From: Nemertoderma westbladi
Lineage: Eukaryota; Animalia; Xenacoelomorpha
Length of the DNA: 64,000 bases
Reading direction: 5' to 3'
NCBI GenBank assembly: GCA_032718475.1
Contig: JAUCBJ010003424.1
Span: 55,353 to 119,352, forward strand
Shown: one piece after another, positions 23,001 through 38,000 of the stretch
Numbering within the stretch: the stretch's first letter is position 1
Layout: every line of letters starts with the position of its first letter
Translations under genes and position numbers: made by a program
Notes under the pieces: generated by a model
What the model saw: only the letters and a program-made list of their open reading frames with translations
Told to the model about the DNA's origin: nothing
Databases searched by the model: none

Positions 23001-26000
23001 TTCCATTCTGATAGTTAATTCCATTCTGATTGTTAATTCCATTCTGATTGTTCATTCCATTCTGATAGTTCATTCCATTATGATTGTTCATTCCATTCTG
23101 ATTGTTCATTCCATTCTGATAGTTCATTCCATTCTGATAGTTCATTCATTCCATACTGGTTGTTCATTCCATTCTGATAGTTCATTCCATTCTGATAGTT
23201 CATTCCATTCTGATAGTTCATTCCATTCTGATTGTTAATTCCATTCTGATAGTTAATTCCATTCTGATTGTTCATTCCATTCTGATTGTTCATTCCATTC
23301 TGATAGTTCATTCCATTCTGATAGTTCATTCCATTCTGATAGTTCATTCCATTCTGATAGTTCATTCCATTCTGATAGTTGATTCCATTCTGATAGTTAA
23401 TTCCATTATGATAGTTAATTCCATTCCGATAGTTCATTCCATTCTGATAGTTCATTCCATTCTGATAGTTAATTCCATTCTGATTGTTAATTCCATTCTG
23501 ATTGTTCATTCCATTCTGATAGTTCATTCCATTCTGATTGTTCATTCCATTCTGATTGTTCATTCCATTCTGATAGTTCATTCCATTCTGATAGTTCATT
23601 CCATTCTGATAGTTCATTCCATTCTGATAGTTCATTCCATTCTGATAGTTGATTCCATTCTGATAGTTAATTCCATTATGATAGTTAATTCCATTCCGAT
23701 AGTTCATTCCATTCTGATAGTTCATTCCATTCTGATAGTTCATTCCATTCTGATAGTTCATTCCATTCTGATAGTTCATTCCATTCTGATAGTTAATTCT
23801 ATTCTGATAGTTCATTCCATTCTGATAGTTCATTCCATTCTGATAGTTAATTCCATTATGATAGTTAATTCCATTCTGATAGTTAATTCCATTCTGATAG
23901 TTCATTCCATTCTGATTGTTCATTCCATTCTGATAGTTCATTCATTCCATTCTGATTGTTCATTCCATTCTGATAGTTCATTCCATTCTGATTGTTAATT
24001 CCATTATGATTGTTAATTCCATTCTGATAGTTCATTCCATTCTGATTGTTCATTCCATTCTGATAGTTCATTCATTCCATTCTGATTGTTCATTCCATTC
24101 TGATAGTTCATTCCATTCTGATAGTTAATTCCATTCTGATAGTTTATTCCATTCTGATAGTTAATTCTATTCTGATAGTTCATTCCATTCTGATAGTTCA
24201 TTCCATTCTGATAGTTAATTCCATTATGATAGTTAATTCCATTCTGATAGTTAATTCCATTCTGATAGTTCATTCCATTCTGATTGTTCATTCCATTCTG
24301 ATAGTTCATTCATTCCATTCTGATTGTTCATTCCATTCTGATAGTTCATTCCATTCTGATTGTTCATTCCATTCTGATAGTTCATTCATTCCATTCTGAT
24401 TGTTCATTCCATTCTGATAGTTCATTCCATTCTGATTGTTCATTCCATTCTGATAGTTCATTCCATTCTGATAGTTAATTCCATTCTGATAGTTCATTCC
24501 ATTCTGATAGTTCATTTCATTCTGATAGTTCATTCCATTCTGATTGTTCATTCCATTCTGATAGTTCATTCATTCCATTCTGATTGTTCATTCCATTCTG
24601 ATAGTTCATTCCATTCTGATTGTTAATTCCATTCTGATAGTTCATTCCATTCTGATAGTTAATTCCATTCTGATAGTTCATTCCATTCTGATAGTTCATT
24701 TCATTCTGATAGTTCATTCCATTCTGATTGTTCATTCCATTCTGATTGTTCATTCCATTCTGATAGTTCATTCCATTCTGATAGTTCATTCCATTCTGAT
24801 AGTTCATTCCATTCTGATAGTTCATTCCATTCTGATAGTTAATTCCATTCTGATTGTTAATTCCATTCTGATAGTTAATTCCATTCTGATAGTTAATTCC
24901 ATTCTGATAGTTCATTCCATTCTGATAGTTCATTCCATTCTGATAGTTAATTCCATTCTGATAGTTCATTCCATTCTGATAGTTCATTCCATTCTGATAG
25001 TTCATTCCATTCTGATAGTTAATTCCATTCTGATAGTTAATTCCATTCTGATAGTTCATTCCATTCTGATAGTTCATTCCATTCTGATAGTTAATTCCAT
25101 TCTGATAGTTAATTCCATTCTGATAGTTCATTCCATTCTGATAGTTCATTCCATTCTGATAGTTCATTCCATTCTGATAGTTCATTCCATTCTGATAGTT
25201 CATTCCATTATGATTGTTCATTCCATTCTGATAGTTCATTCCATTCTGATAGTTCATTCATTCCATTCTGATTGTTCATTCTATTCTGATAGTTCATTCC
25301 ATTATGATTGTTCATTCCATTCTGATAGTTAATTCCATTCTGATAGTTCATTCCATTCTGATAGTTAATTCCATTCTGATAGTTCATTCCATTCTGATTG
25401 TTCATTCCATTCTGATAGTTCATTCCATTCTGATAGTTCATTCCATTCTGATAGTTAATTCCATTCTGATAGTTAATTCCATTCTGATAGTTCATTCCAT
25501 TCTGATAGTTCATTCCATTCTGATAGTTCATTCCATTCTGATAGTTCATTCCATTATGATTGTTCATTCCATTCTGATAGTTCATTCCATTCTGATAGTT
25601 CATTCCATTCTGATAGTTCATTCCATTCTGATAGTTCATTCATTCCATTCTGATTGTTCATTCTATTCTGATAGTTCATTCCATTCTGATTGTTCATTCC
25701 ATTCTGATAGTTAATTCCATTCTGATAGTTAATTCCATTCTGATAGTTCATTCCATTCTGATAGTTCATTCCATTCTGATAGTTCATTCCATTCTGATAG
25801 ATCATTCCATTCTGATAGTTCATTCCATTCTGATAGTTCATTCCATTCTGATAGTTCATTCCATTCTGATAGTTTATTCCATTCTGATAGTTCATTCCAT
25901 TCTGATAGTTCATTCCATTCTGATAGTTCATTCCATTCTGATAGATCATTCCATTCTGATAGTTCATTCCATTATGATTGTTCATTCCATTCTGATTGTT

Positions 26001-29000
26001 CATTCCATTCTGATAGTTCATTCCATTCTGATAGTTCATTCCATTCTGATAGTTCATTCCATTCTGATTGTTAATTCCATTATGATTGTTCATTCCATTC
26101 TGATTGTTCATTCCATTCTGATAGTTCATTCCATTCTGATAGTTCATTCCATTCTGATAGTTCATTCCATTCTGATTGTTAATTCCATTATGATTGTTCA
26201 TTCCATTCTGATAGATCATTCCATTCTGATAGTTTATTCCATTCTGATAGTTCATTCCATTCTGATTGTTCATTCCATTCTGATAGTTCATTCCATTCTG
26301 ATTGTTAATTCCATTCTGATAGTTCATTCCATTATGATTGTTCATTCCATTCTGATAGATCATTCCATTCTGATAGTTTATTCCATTCTGATAGTTCATT
26401 CCATTCTGATTGTTCATTCCATTCTGATAGTTCATTCCATTCTGATAGTTTATTCCATTCTGATAGTTCATTCCATTCTGATTGTTCATTCCATTCTGAT
26501 AGATCATTCCATTCTGATAGTTTATTCCATTCTGATAGTTCATTCCATTCTGATTGTTCATTCCATTCTGATAGTTCATTCCATTCTGATAGTTCATTCC
26601 ATTCTGATAGTTCATTCCATTCTGATTGTTAATTCCATTATGATTGTTCATTCCATTCTGATAGATCATTCCATTCTGATAGTTTATTCCATTCTGATAG
26701 TTCATTCCATTCTGATTGTTCATTCCATTCTGATAGTTCATTCCATTCTGATTGTTAATTCCATTCTGATAGTTCATTCCATTATGATTGTTCATTCCAT
26801 TCTGATAGATCATTCCATTCTGATAGTTTATTCCATTCTGATAGTTCATTCCATTCTGATTGTTCATTCCATTCTGATAGTTCATTCCATTCTGATAGTT
26901 TATTCCATTCTGATAGTTCATTCCATTCTGATAGTTCATTCCATTCTGATAGTTCATTCCATTCTGATAGATCATTCCATTCTGATAGTTCATTCCATTA
27001 TGATTGTTCATTCCATTCTGATAGATCATTCCATTCTGATAGTTTATTCCATTCTGATTGTTCATTCATTCCATTCTGATTGTTCATTCTATTCTGATAG
27101 TTCATTCCATTCTGATTGTTCATTCCATTCTGATAGTTCATTCCATTCTGATTGTTAATTCCATTATGATTGTTCATTCCATTCTGATAGATCATTCCAT
27201 TCTGATAGTTTATTCCATTCTGATTGTTCATTCCATTCTGATAGTTTATTCCATTCTGATAGATCATTCCATTCTGATAGTTTATTCCATTCTGATTGTT
27301 CATTCATTCCATTCTGATAGATCATTCCATTCTGATAGTTTATTCCATTCTGATTGTTCATTCCATTCTGATAGTTTATTCCATTCTGATAGATCATTCC
27401 ATTCTGATAGATCATTCCATTCTGATAGTTTATTCCATTCTGATTGTTCATTCCATTCTGATAGTTCATTCCATTCTGATTGTTCATTCCATTCTGATAG
27501 TTCATTCCATTCTGATTGTTAATTCCATTATGATTGTTCATTCCATTCTGATAGATCATTCCATTCTGATAGTTTATTCCATTCTGATAGTTCATTCCAT
27601 TCTGATAGTTCATTCCATTCTGATAGATCATTCCATTCTGATAGTTCATTCCATTATGATTGTTCATTCCATTCTGATAGATCATTCCATTCTGATTGTT
27701 AATTCCATTCTGATAGTTCATTCCATTCTGATAGTTCATTCCATTCTGATTGTTCATTCCATTCTGATAGATCATTCCATTCTGATAGATCATTCCATTC
27801 TGATTGTTCATTCCATTCTGATAGATCATTCCATTCTGATAGTTTATTCCATTCTGATTGTTCATTCCATTCTGATAGTTCATTCCATTCTGATTGTTCA
27901 TTCCATTCTGATAGTTCATTCCATTCTGATTGTTAATTCCATTATGATTGTTCATTCCATTCTGATAGATCATTCCATTCTGATAGTTTATTCCATTCTG
28001 ATAGTTCATTCCATTCTGATAGTTCATTCCATTCTGATAGATCATTCCATTCTGATAGTTCATTCCATTATGATTGTTCATTCCATTCTGATAGATCATT
28101 CCATTCTGATAGTTTATTACATTCTGATTGTTCATTCATTCCATTCTGATTGTTCATTCTATTCTGATAGTTCATTCCATTCTGATTGTTCATTCCATTC
28201 TGATAGTTCATTCCATTCTGATTGTTAATTCCATTATGATTGTTCATTCCATTCTGATAGATCATTCCATTCTGATAGTTTATTCCATTCTGATTGTTCA
28301 TTCCATTCTGATAGTTTATTCCATTCTGATAGTTCATTCCATTCTGATTGTTCATTCCATTCTGATAGATCATTCCATTCTGATAGTTTATTCCATTCTG
28401 ATAGATCATTCCATTCTGATAGTTTATTCCATTCTGATAGTTCATTCCATTCTGATTGTTCATTCCATTCTGATAGTTTATTCCATTCTGATAGATCATT
28501 CCATTCTGATAGTTTATTCCATTCTGATTGTTCATTCATTCCATTCTGATTGTTCATTCTATTCTGATAATTCATTCCATTCTGATTGTTCATTCCATTC
28601 TGATAGTTCATTCCATTCTGATTGTTAATTCCATTATGATTGTTCATTCCATTCTGATAGATCATTCCATTCTGATAGTTTATTCCATTCTGATAGTTCA
28701 TTCCATTCTGATAGTTCATTCCATTCTGATTGTTCATTCCATTCTGATAGATCATTCCATTCTGATAGTTTATTCCATTCTGATAGATCATTCCATTCTG
28801 ATAGTTTATTCCATTCTGATTGTTCATTCATTCCATTCTGATTGTTCATTCTATTCTGATAGTTCATTCCATTCTGATAGTTTATTCCATTCTGATTGTT
28901 CATTCATTCCATTCTGATTGTTCATTCATTCCATTCTGATTGTTCATTCTATTCTGATAGTTCATTCCATTCTGATTGTTCATTCCATTCTGATAGATCA

Positions 29001-32000
29001 TTCCATTCTGATAGTTTATTCCATTCTGATAGATCATTCCATTCTGATAGTTTATTCCATTCTGATAGTTCATTCCATTCTGATAGTTCATTCCATTCTG
29101 ATTGTTCATTCCATTCTGATAGATCATTCCATTCTGATAGTTTATTCCATTCTGATAGATCATTCCATTCTGATAGTTTATTCCATTCTGATTGTTCATT
29201 CATTCCATTCTGATTGTTCATTCTATTCTGATAGTTCATTCCATTCTGATTGTTCATTCCATTCTGATAGTTCATTCCATTCTGATTGTTAATTCCATTA
29301 TGATTGTTCATTCCATTCTGATAGATCATTCCATTCTGATAGTTTATTCCATTCTGATAGATCATTCCATTCTGATAGTTCATTCCATTCTGATTGTTCA
29401 TTCCATTCTGATAGTTCATTCCATTCTGATTGTTCATTCCATTCTGATAGTTCATTCCATTCTGATTGTTCATTCCATTCTGATAGTTCATTCCATTCTG
29501 ATTGTTAATTCCATTCTGATTGTTCATTCCATTCTGATTGTTCATTCCATTCTGATAGTTCATTCCATTCTGATTGTTAATTCCATTATGATTGTTCATT
29601 CCATTCTGATAGATCATTCCATTATGATTGTTCATTCCATTCTGATAGATCATTCCATTCTGATAGTTTATTCCATTCTGATAGTTCATTCCATTCTGAT
29701 TGTTCATTCCATTCTGATAGTTCATTCCATTCTGATTGTTCATTCCATTCTGATAGTTCATTCCATTCTGATTGTTCATTCCATTCTGATAGTTCATTCC
29801 ATTCTGATTGTTAATTCCATTCTGATTGTTCATTCCATTCTGATTGTTCATTCCATTCTGATAGTTCATTCCATTCTGATTGTTAATTCCATTATGATTG
29901 TTCATTCCATTCTGATAGATCATTCCATTCTGATAGTTTATTCCATTCTGATAGTTCATTCCATTCTGATTGTTCATTCCATTCTGATAGTTCATTCCAT
30001 TCTGATTGTTCATTCCATTCTGATAGTTCATTCCATTCTGATTGTTCATTCCATTCTGATAGTTCATTCCATTCTGATAGTTCATTCCATTCTGATTGTT
30101 AATTCCATTCTGATTGTTCATTCCATTCTGATTGTTCATTCCATTCTGATTGTTCATTCCATTCTGATAGTTCATTCCATTCTGATTGTTCATTCCATTC
30201 TGATAGTTCATTCCATTCTGATTGTTAATTCCATTCTGATTGTTCATTCCATTCTGATTGTTCATTCCATTCTGATAGTTCATTCCATTCTGATTGTTAA
30301 TTCCATTATGATTGTTCATTCCATTCTGATAGATCATTCCATTCTGATAGTTTATTCCATTCTGATAGTTCATTCCATTCTGATTGTTCATTCCATTCTG
30401 ATAGTTCATTCCATTCTGATTGTTCATTCCATTCTGATAGTTCATTCCATTCTGATTGTTCATTCCATTCTGATAGTTCATTCCATTCTGATAGTTCATT
30501 CCATTCTGATTGTTAATTCCATTCTGATTGTTCATTCCATTCTGATTGTTCATTCCATTCTGATAGTTCATTCCATTCTGATTGTTAATTCCATTATGAT
30601 TGTTCATTCCATTCTGATAGATCATTCCATTATGATTGTTCATTCCATTCTGATAGTTCATTCCATTCTGATTGTTCATTCCATTCTGATAGTTCATTCC
30701 ATTCTGATAGTTCATTCCATTCTGATAGTTCATTCCATTCTGATAGTTCATTCATTCCATTCTGATTGTTCATTCTATTCTGATAGTTCATTCCATTCTG
30801 ATTGTTCATTCCATTCTGATAGTTAATTCCATTCTGATAGTTAATTCCATTCTGATAGTTCATTCCATTCTGATAGTTCATTCCATTCTGATAGTTCATT
30901 CCATTCTGATAGATCATTCCATTCTGATAGTTCATTCCATTATGATTGTTCATTCCATTCTGATAGATCATTCCATTCTGATAGTTTATTCCATTCTGAT
31001 AGTTCATTCCATTGTGATTGTTCATTCCATTCTGATAGTTCATTCCATTCTGATAGTTCATTCCATTCTGATAGTTCATTCCATTCTGATTGTTAATTCC
31101 ATTATGATTGTTCATTCCATTCTGATAGATCATTCCATTCTGATAGTTTATTCCATTCTGATAGTTCATTCCATTCTGATTGTTCATTCCATTCTGATAG
31201 TTAATTCCATTCTGATAGTTCATTCCATTCTGATAGTTCATTCCATTCTGATTGTTCATTCCATTCTGATAGTTCATTCCATTCTGATTGTTCATTCCAT
31301 TCTGATAGTTCATTCCATTCTGATTGTTAATTCCATTCTGATTGTTCATTCCATTCTGATTGTTCATTCCATTCTGATAGTTCATTCCATTCTGATTGCT
31401 AATTCCATTATGATTGTTCATTCCATTCTGATAGATCATTCCATTCTGATAGTTTATTCCATTCTGATAGTTCATTCCATTCTGATTGTTCATTCCATTC
31501 TGATAGTTCATTCCATTCTGATTGTTCATTCCATTCTGATAGTTCATTCCATTCTGATTGTTCATTCCATTCTGATAGTTCATTCCATTCTGATAGTTCA
31601 TTCCATTCTGATTGTTAATTCCATTCTGATTGTTCATTCCATTCTGATTGTTCATTCCATTCTGATTGTTCATTCCATTCTGATAGTTCATTCCATTCTG
31701 ATTGTTCATTCCATTCTGATAGTTCATTCCATTCTGATTGTTAATTCCATTCTGATTGTTCATTCCATTCTGATTGTTCATTCCATTCTGATAGTTCATT
31801 CCATTCTGATTGTTAATTCCATTATGATTGTTCATTCCATTCTGATAGATCATTCCATTCTGATAGTTTATTCCATTCTGATAGTTCATTCCATTCTGAT
31901 TGTTCATTCCATTCTGATAGTTCATTCCATTCTGATTGTTCATTCCATTCTGATAGTTCATTCCATTCTGATTGTTCATTCCATTCTGATAGTTCATTCC

Positions 32001-35000
32001 ATTCTGATAGTTCATTCCATTCTGATTGTTAATTCCATTCTGATTGTTCATTCCATTCTGATTGTTCATTCCATTCTGATAGTTCATTCCATTCTGATTG
32101 TTAATTCCATTATGATTGTTCATTCCATTCTGATAGATCATTCCATTATGATTGTTCATTCCATTCTGATAGTTCATTCCATTCTGATTGTTCATTCCAT
32201 TCTGATAGTTCATTCCATTCTGATAGTTCATTCCATTCTGATAGTTCATTCCATTCTGATAGTTCATTCATTCCATTCTGATTGTTCATTCTATTCTGAT
32301 AGTTCATTCCATTCTGATTGTTCATTCCATTCTGATAGTTAATTCCATTCTGATAGTTAATTCCATTCTGATAGTTCATTCCATTCTGATAGTTCATTCC
32401 ATTCTGATAGTTCATTCCATTCTGATAGATCATTCCATTCTGATAGTTCATTCCATTATGATTGTTCATTCCATTCTGATAGATCATTCCATTCTGATAG
32501 TTTATTCCATTCTGATAGTTCATTCCATTGTGATTGTTCATTCCATTCTGATAGTTCATTCCATTCTGATAGTTCATTCCATTCTGATAGATCATTCCAT
32601 TCTGATAGTTCATTCCATTCTGATAGTTTATTCCATTCTGATAGTTCATTCCATTCTGATTGTTCATTCCATTCTGATAGTTCATTCCATTCTGATTGTT
32701 AATTCCATTATGATTGTTCATTCCATTCTGATAGATCATTCCATTATGATTGTTCATTCCATTCTGCTAGTTCATTCCATTCTGATTGTTAATTCCATTC
32801 TGATTGTTAATTCCATTATGATTGTTCATTCCATTCTGATAGTTCATTCTATTCTGATTGTTAATTCCATTCTGATAGTTCATTCCATTCTGATTGTTAA
32901 TTCCATTCTGATTGTTAATTCCATTATGATTGTTCATTCCATTCTGATAGATCATTCCATTCTGATAGTTTATTCCATTCTGATAGTTCATTCCATTCTG
33001 ATAGTTCATTCCATTCTGATTGTTAATTCCATTATGATTGTTCATTCCATTCTGATAGTTCATTCCATTCTTATAGTTCATTCCATTCTGATAGTTCATT
33101 CTATTCTGATTGTTAATTCCATTATGATTGTTCATTCCATTCTGATAGATCATTCCATTCTGATAGTTCATTCCATTCTGATAGATCATTCCATTCTGAT
33201 AGTTCATTCCATTATGATAGTTCATTCCATTCTGATAGTTTATTCCATTCTGATAGTTTATTCCATTCTGATTGTTCATTCCATTCTGATAGTTCATTCT
33301 ATTCTGATAGATCATTCCATTCTGATAGTTCATTCCATTCTGATAGTTCATTCCATTCTGATAGTTCATTCCATTCTGATTGTTAATTCCATTCTGATTG
33401 TTAATTCCATTATGATTGTTCATTCCATTCTGATAGTTCATTCTATTCTGATTGTTAATTCCATTCTGATAGTTCATTCCATTCTGATTGTTAATTCCAT
33501 TCTGATTGTTAATTCCATTATGATTGTTCATTCCATTCTGATAGATCATTCCATTCTGATAGTTTATTCCATTCTGATAGTTCATTCCATTCTGATAGTT
33601 CATTCTATTCTGATTGTTAATTCCATTATGATTGTTCATTCCATTCTGATAGATCATTCCATTCTGATAGTTTATTCCATTCTGATAGATCATTCCATTC
33701 TGATAGTTTATTCCATTCTGATAGTTCATTCCATTCTGATTGTTCATTCCATTCTGATAGTTCATTCCATTCTGATTGTTAATTCCATTATGATTGTTCA
33801 TTCCATTCTGATAGATCATTCCATTCTGATAGTTCATTCCATTCTGATAGTTCATTCCATTCTGATAGTTCATTCCATTCTGATAGTTCATTCCATTCTG
33901 ATAGTTCATTCCATTCTGATAGTTCATTCCATTCTGATAGATCATTCCATTCTGATAGTTCATTCCATTATGATTGTTCATTCCATTCTGATAGATCATT
34001 CCATTCTGATAGTTTATTCCATTCTGATAGTTCATTCATTCCATTCTGATTGTTCATTCTATTCTGATAGTTCATTCCATTCTGATTGTTCATTCCATTC
34101 TGATAGTTCATTCCATTCTGATTGTTAATTCCATTATGATTGTTCATTCCATTCTGATAGATCATTCCATTCTGATAGTTTATTCCATTCTGATAGTTCA
34201 TTCCATTCTGATTGTTCATTCCATTCTGATAGTTCATTCCATTCTGATTGTTAATTCCATTCTGATAGTTCATTCCATTATGATTGTTCATTCCATTCTG
34301 ATAGATCATTCCATTCTGATAGTTTATTCCATTCTGATTGTTAATTCCATTCTGATAGTTCATTCATTCCATTCTGATAGTTCATTCATTCCATTCTGAT
34401 TGTTAATTCCATTCTGATAGTTCATTCCATTCTGATAGTTCATTCCATTCTGATAGTTCATTCCATTCTGATAGTTCATTCCATTCTGATAGTTCATTCC
34501 ATTCTGATTGTTCATTCCATTCTGATAGTTCATTCCATTCTGATTGTTAATTCCATTCTGATAGTTCATTCCATTCTGATTGTTCATTCCATTCTGATAC
34601 CGGTAGTTCATTCCATTCTGATAGTTCATTCCATTCTGATAGTTCATTCCATTCTGATAGTTCATTCCATTCTGATAGTTCATTCCATTCTGATAGTTCA
34701 TTCCATTCTGATTGTTCATTCCATTCTGATAGTTAATTCTATTCTGATTGTTAATTCCATTATGATTGTTCATTCCATTCTGATAGATCATTCCATTCTG
34801 ATAGTTCATTCCATTCTGATTGTTCATTCCATTCTGATAGTTCATTCCATTCTGATTGTTAATTCCATTCTGATAGTTCATTCCATTCTGATTGTTCATT
34901 CCATTCTGATACCGGTAGTTCATTCCATTCTGATAGTTCATTCCATTCTGATAGTTCATTCCATTCTGATAGTTCATTCCATTCTGATAGTTCATTCCAT

Positions 35001-38000
35001 TCTGATAGTTCATTCCATTCTGATTGTTCATTCCATTCTGATAGTTAATTCTATTCTGATTGTTAATTCCATTATGATTGTTCATTCCATTCTGATAGAT
35101 CATTCCATTCTGATAGTTTATTCCATTCTGATAGTTCATTCCATTCTGATAGTTCATTCCATTCTGATAGTTCATTCCATTCTGATAGTTCATTCCATTC
35201 TGATAGTTCATTCCATTCTGATTGTTAATTCCATTCTGATAGTTCATTCCATTCTGATTGTTCATTCCATTCTGATAGTTCATTCCATTCTGATAGTTCA
35301 TTCCATTCTGATAGTTCATTCCATTCTGATAGTTCATTCCATTCTGATAGTTCATTCCATTCTGATTGTTCATTCCATTCTGATAGTTCATTCCATTCTG
35401 ATAGTTCATTCCATTCTGATAGTTCATTCCATTCTGATAGTTCATTCCATTCTGATAGTTCATTCCATTCTGATAGTTCATTCCATTCTGATAGTTCATT
35501 CCATTCTGATAGTTCATTCCATTCTGATAGTTCATTCCATTCTGATAGTTCATTCCATTCTGATAGTTCATTCCATTCTGATAGTTCATTCCATTCTGAT
35601 AGTTCATTCCATTCTGATAGTTCATTCCATTCTGATAGTTCATTCCATTCTGATTGTTCATTCCATTCTGATAGTTAATTCTATTCTGATTGTTAATTCC
35701 ATTATGATTGTTCATTCCATTCTGATAGATCATTCCATTCTGATAGTTTATTCCATTCTGATAGATCATTCCATTCTGATAGTTTATTCCATTCTGATAG
35801 TTCATTCCATTCTGATTGTTCATTCCATTCTGATAGTTCATTCCATTCTGATTGTTAATTCCATTCTTATAGTTCATTCCATTCTGATAGATCATTCCAT
35901 TCTGATAGTTCATTCCATTCTGATAGTTAATTCCATTCTGATAGTTCATTCCATTCTGATTGTTCATTCCATTCTGATAGATCATTCCATTCTGATAGTT
36001 CATTCCATTCTGATAGTTCATTCCATTCTGATAGTTCATTCCATTCTGATAGTTAATTCCATTCTGATAGTTCATTCCATTCTGATAGTTCATTCCATTC
36101 TGATAGTTCATTCCATTCTGATAGATCATTCCATTCTGATAGTTCATTCCATTCTGATAGTTCATTCCATTCTGATAGTTCATTCCATTCCGATTGTTCA
36201 TTCCATTCTGATAGTTCATTCCATTCTGATAGTTCATTCCATTCTGATAGTTCATTCCATTCTGATTGTTCATTCCATTCTGATAGTTCATTCCATTCTG
36301 ATAGATCATTCCATTCTGATAGTTCATTCCATTCTGATAGTTCATTCCATTCTGATAGTTCATTCCATTCTGATAGTTCATTCCATTATGATAGTTCATT
36401 CCATTCTGATAGTTCATTCCATTCTGATTGTTCATTCCATTCTGATAGTTCATTCCATTCTGATTGTTAATTCCATTCTTATAGTTCATTCCATTCTGAT
36501 AGATCATTCCATTCTGATAGTTCATTCCATTCTGATAGTTAATTCCATTCTGATAGTTCATTCCATTCTGATTGTTCATTCCATTCTGATAGTTCATTCA
36601 TTCCATTCTGATAGTTCATTCCATTCTGATAGATCATTCCATTCTGATTGTTAATTCCATTCTGATAGTTCATTCCATTCTGATAGATCATTCCATTCTG
36701 ATAGTTCATTCCATTCTGATAGTTAATTCCATTCTGATAGTTTATTCCATTCTGATTGTTAATTCCATTCTTATAGTTCATTCCATTCTGATAGATCATT
36801 CCATTCTGATAGATCATTCCATTCTGATAGTTCATTCCATTCTGATAGTTCATTCCATTCTGATAGTTCATTCCATTCTGATTGTTCATTCCATTCTGAT
36901 AGTTCATTCCATTCTGATAGTTCATTCCATTCTGATAGTTCATTCTATTCTGATAGTTCATTCCATTCTGATAGTTTATTCCATTCTGATTGTTCATTCC
37001 ATTCTGATAGTTTATTCCATTCTGATTGTTAATTCCATTCTGATAGATCATTCCATTCTGATTGTTAATTCCATTCTTATAGTTCATTCCATTCTGATAG
37101 ATCATTCCATTCTGATAGATCATTCCATTCTGATAGTTCATTCCATTCTGATAGTTCATTCCATTCTGATAGTTCATTCCATTCTGATAGTTCATTCCAT
37201 TCTGATAGTTCATTCCATTCTGATCATTCATTCCATTCTGATAGTTCATTCCATTCTGATAGATCATTCCATTCTGATTGTTAATTCCATTCTTATAGTT
37301 CATTCCATTCTGATAGATCATTCCATTCTGATAGTTCATTCCATTCTGATAGTTCATTCCATTCTGATAGTTCATTCCATTCTGATAGTTCATTCCATTC
37401 TGATAGATCATTCCATTCTGATTGTTAATTCCATTCTTATAGTTCATTCCATTCTGATAGATCATTCCATTCTGATAGATCATTCCATTCTTATAGTTCA
37501 TTCCATTCTGATAGATCATTCCATTCTGATTGTTAATTCCATTCTTATAGTTCATTCCATTCTGATAGATCATTCCATTCTGATAGATCATTCCATTCTT
37601 ATAGTTCATTCCATTCTGATAGATCATTCCATTCTGATAGATCATTCCATTCTGATAGTTCATTCCATTCTGATAGATCATTCCATTCTGATTGTTAATT
37701 CCATTCTTATAGTTCATTCCATTCTGATAGATCATTCCATTCTGATAGATCATTCCATTCTGATAGTTCATTCCATTCTGATAGTTCATTCCATTCTGAT
37801 AGTTCATTCCATTCTGATAGTTCATTCCATTCTGATAGTTCATTCCATTCTGATCATTCATTCCATTCTGATAGTTCATTCCATTCTGATAGATCATTCC
37901 ATTCTGATTGTTAATTCCATTCTTATAGTTCATTCCATTCTGATAGATCATTCCATTCTGATAGTTCATTCCATTCTGATAGTTCATTCCATTCTGATTG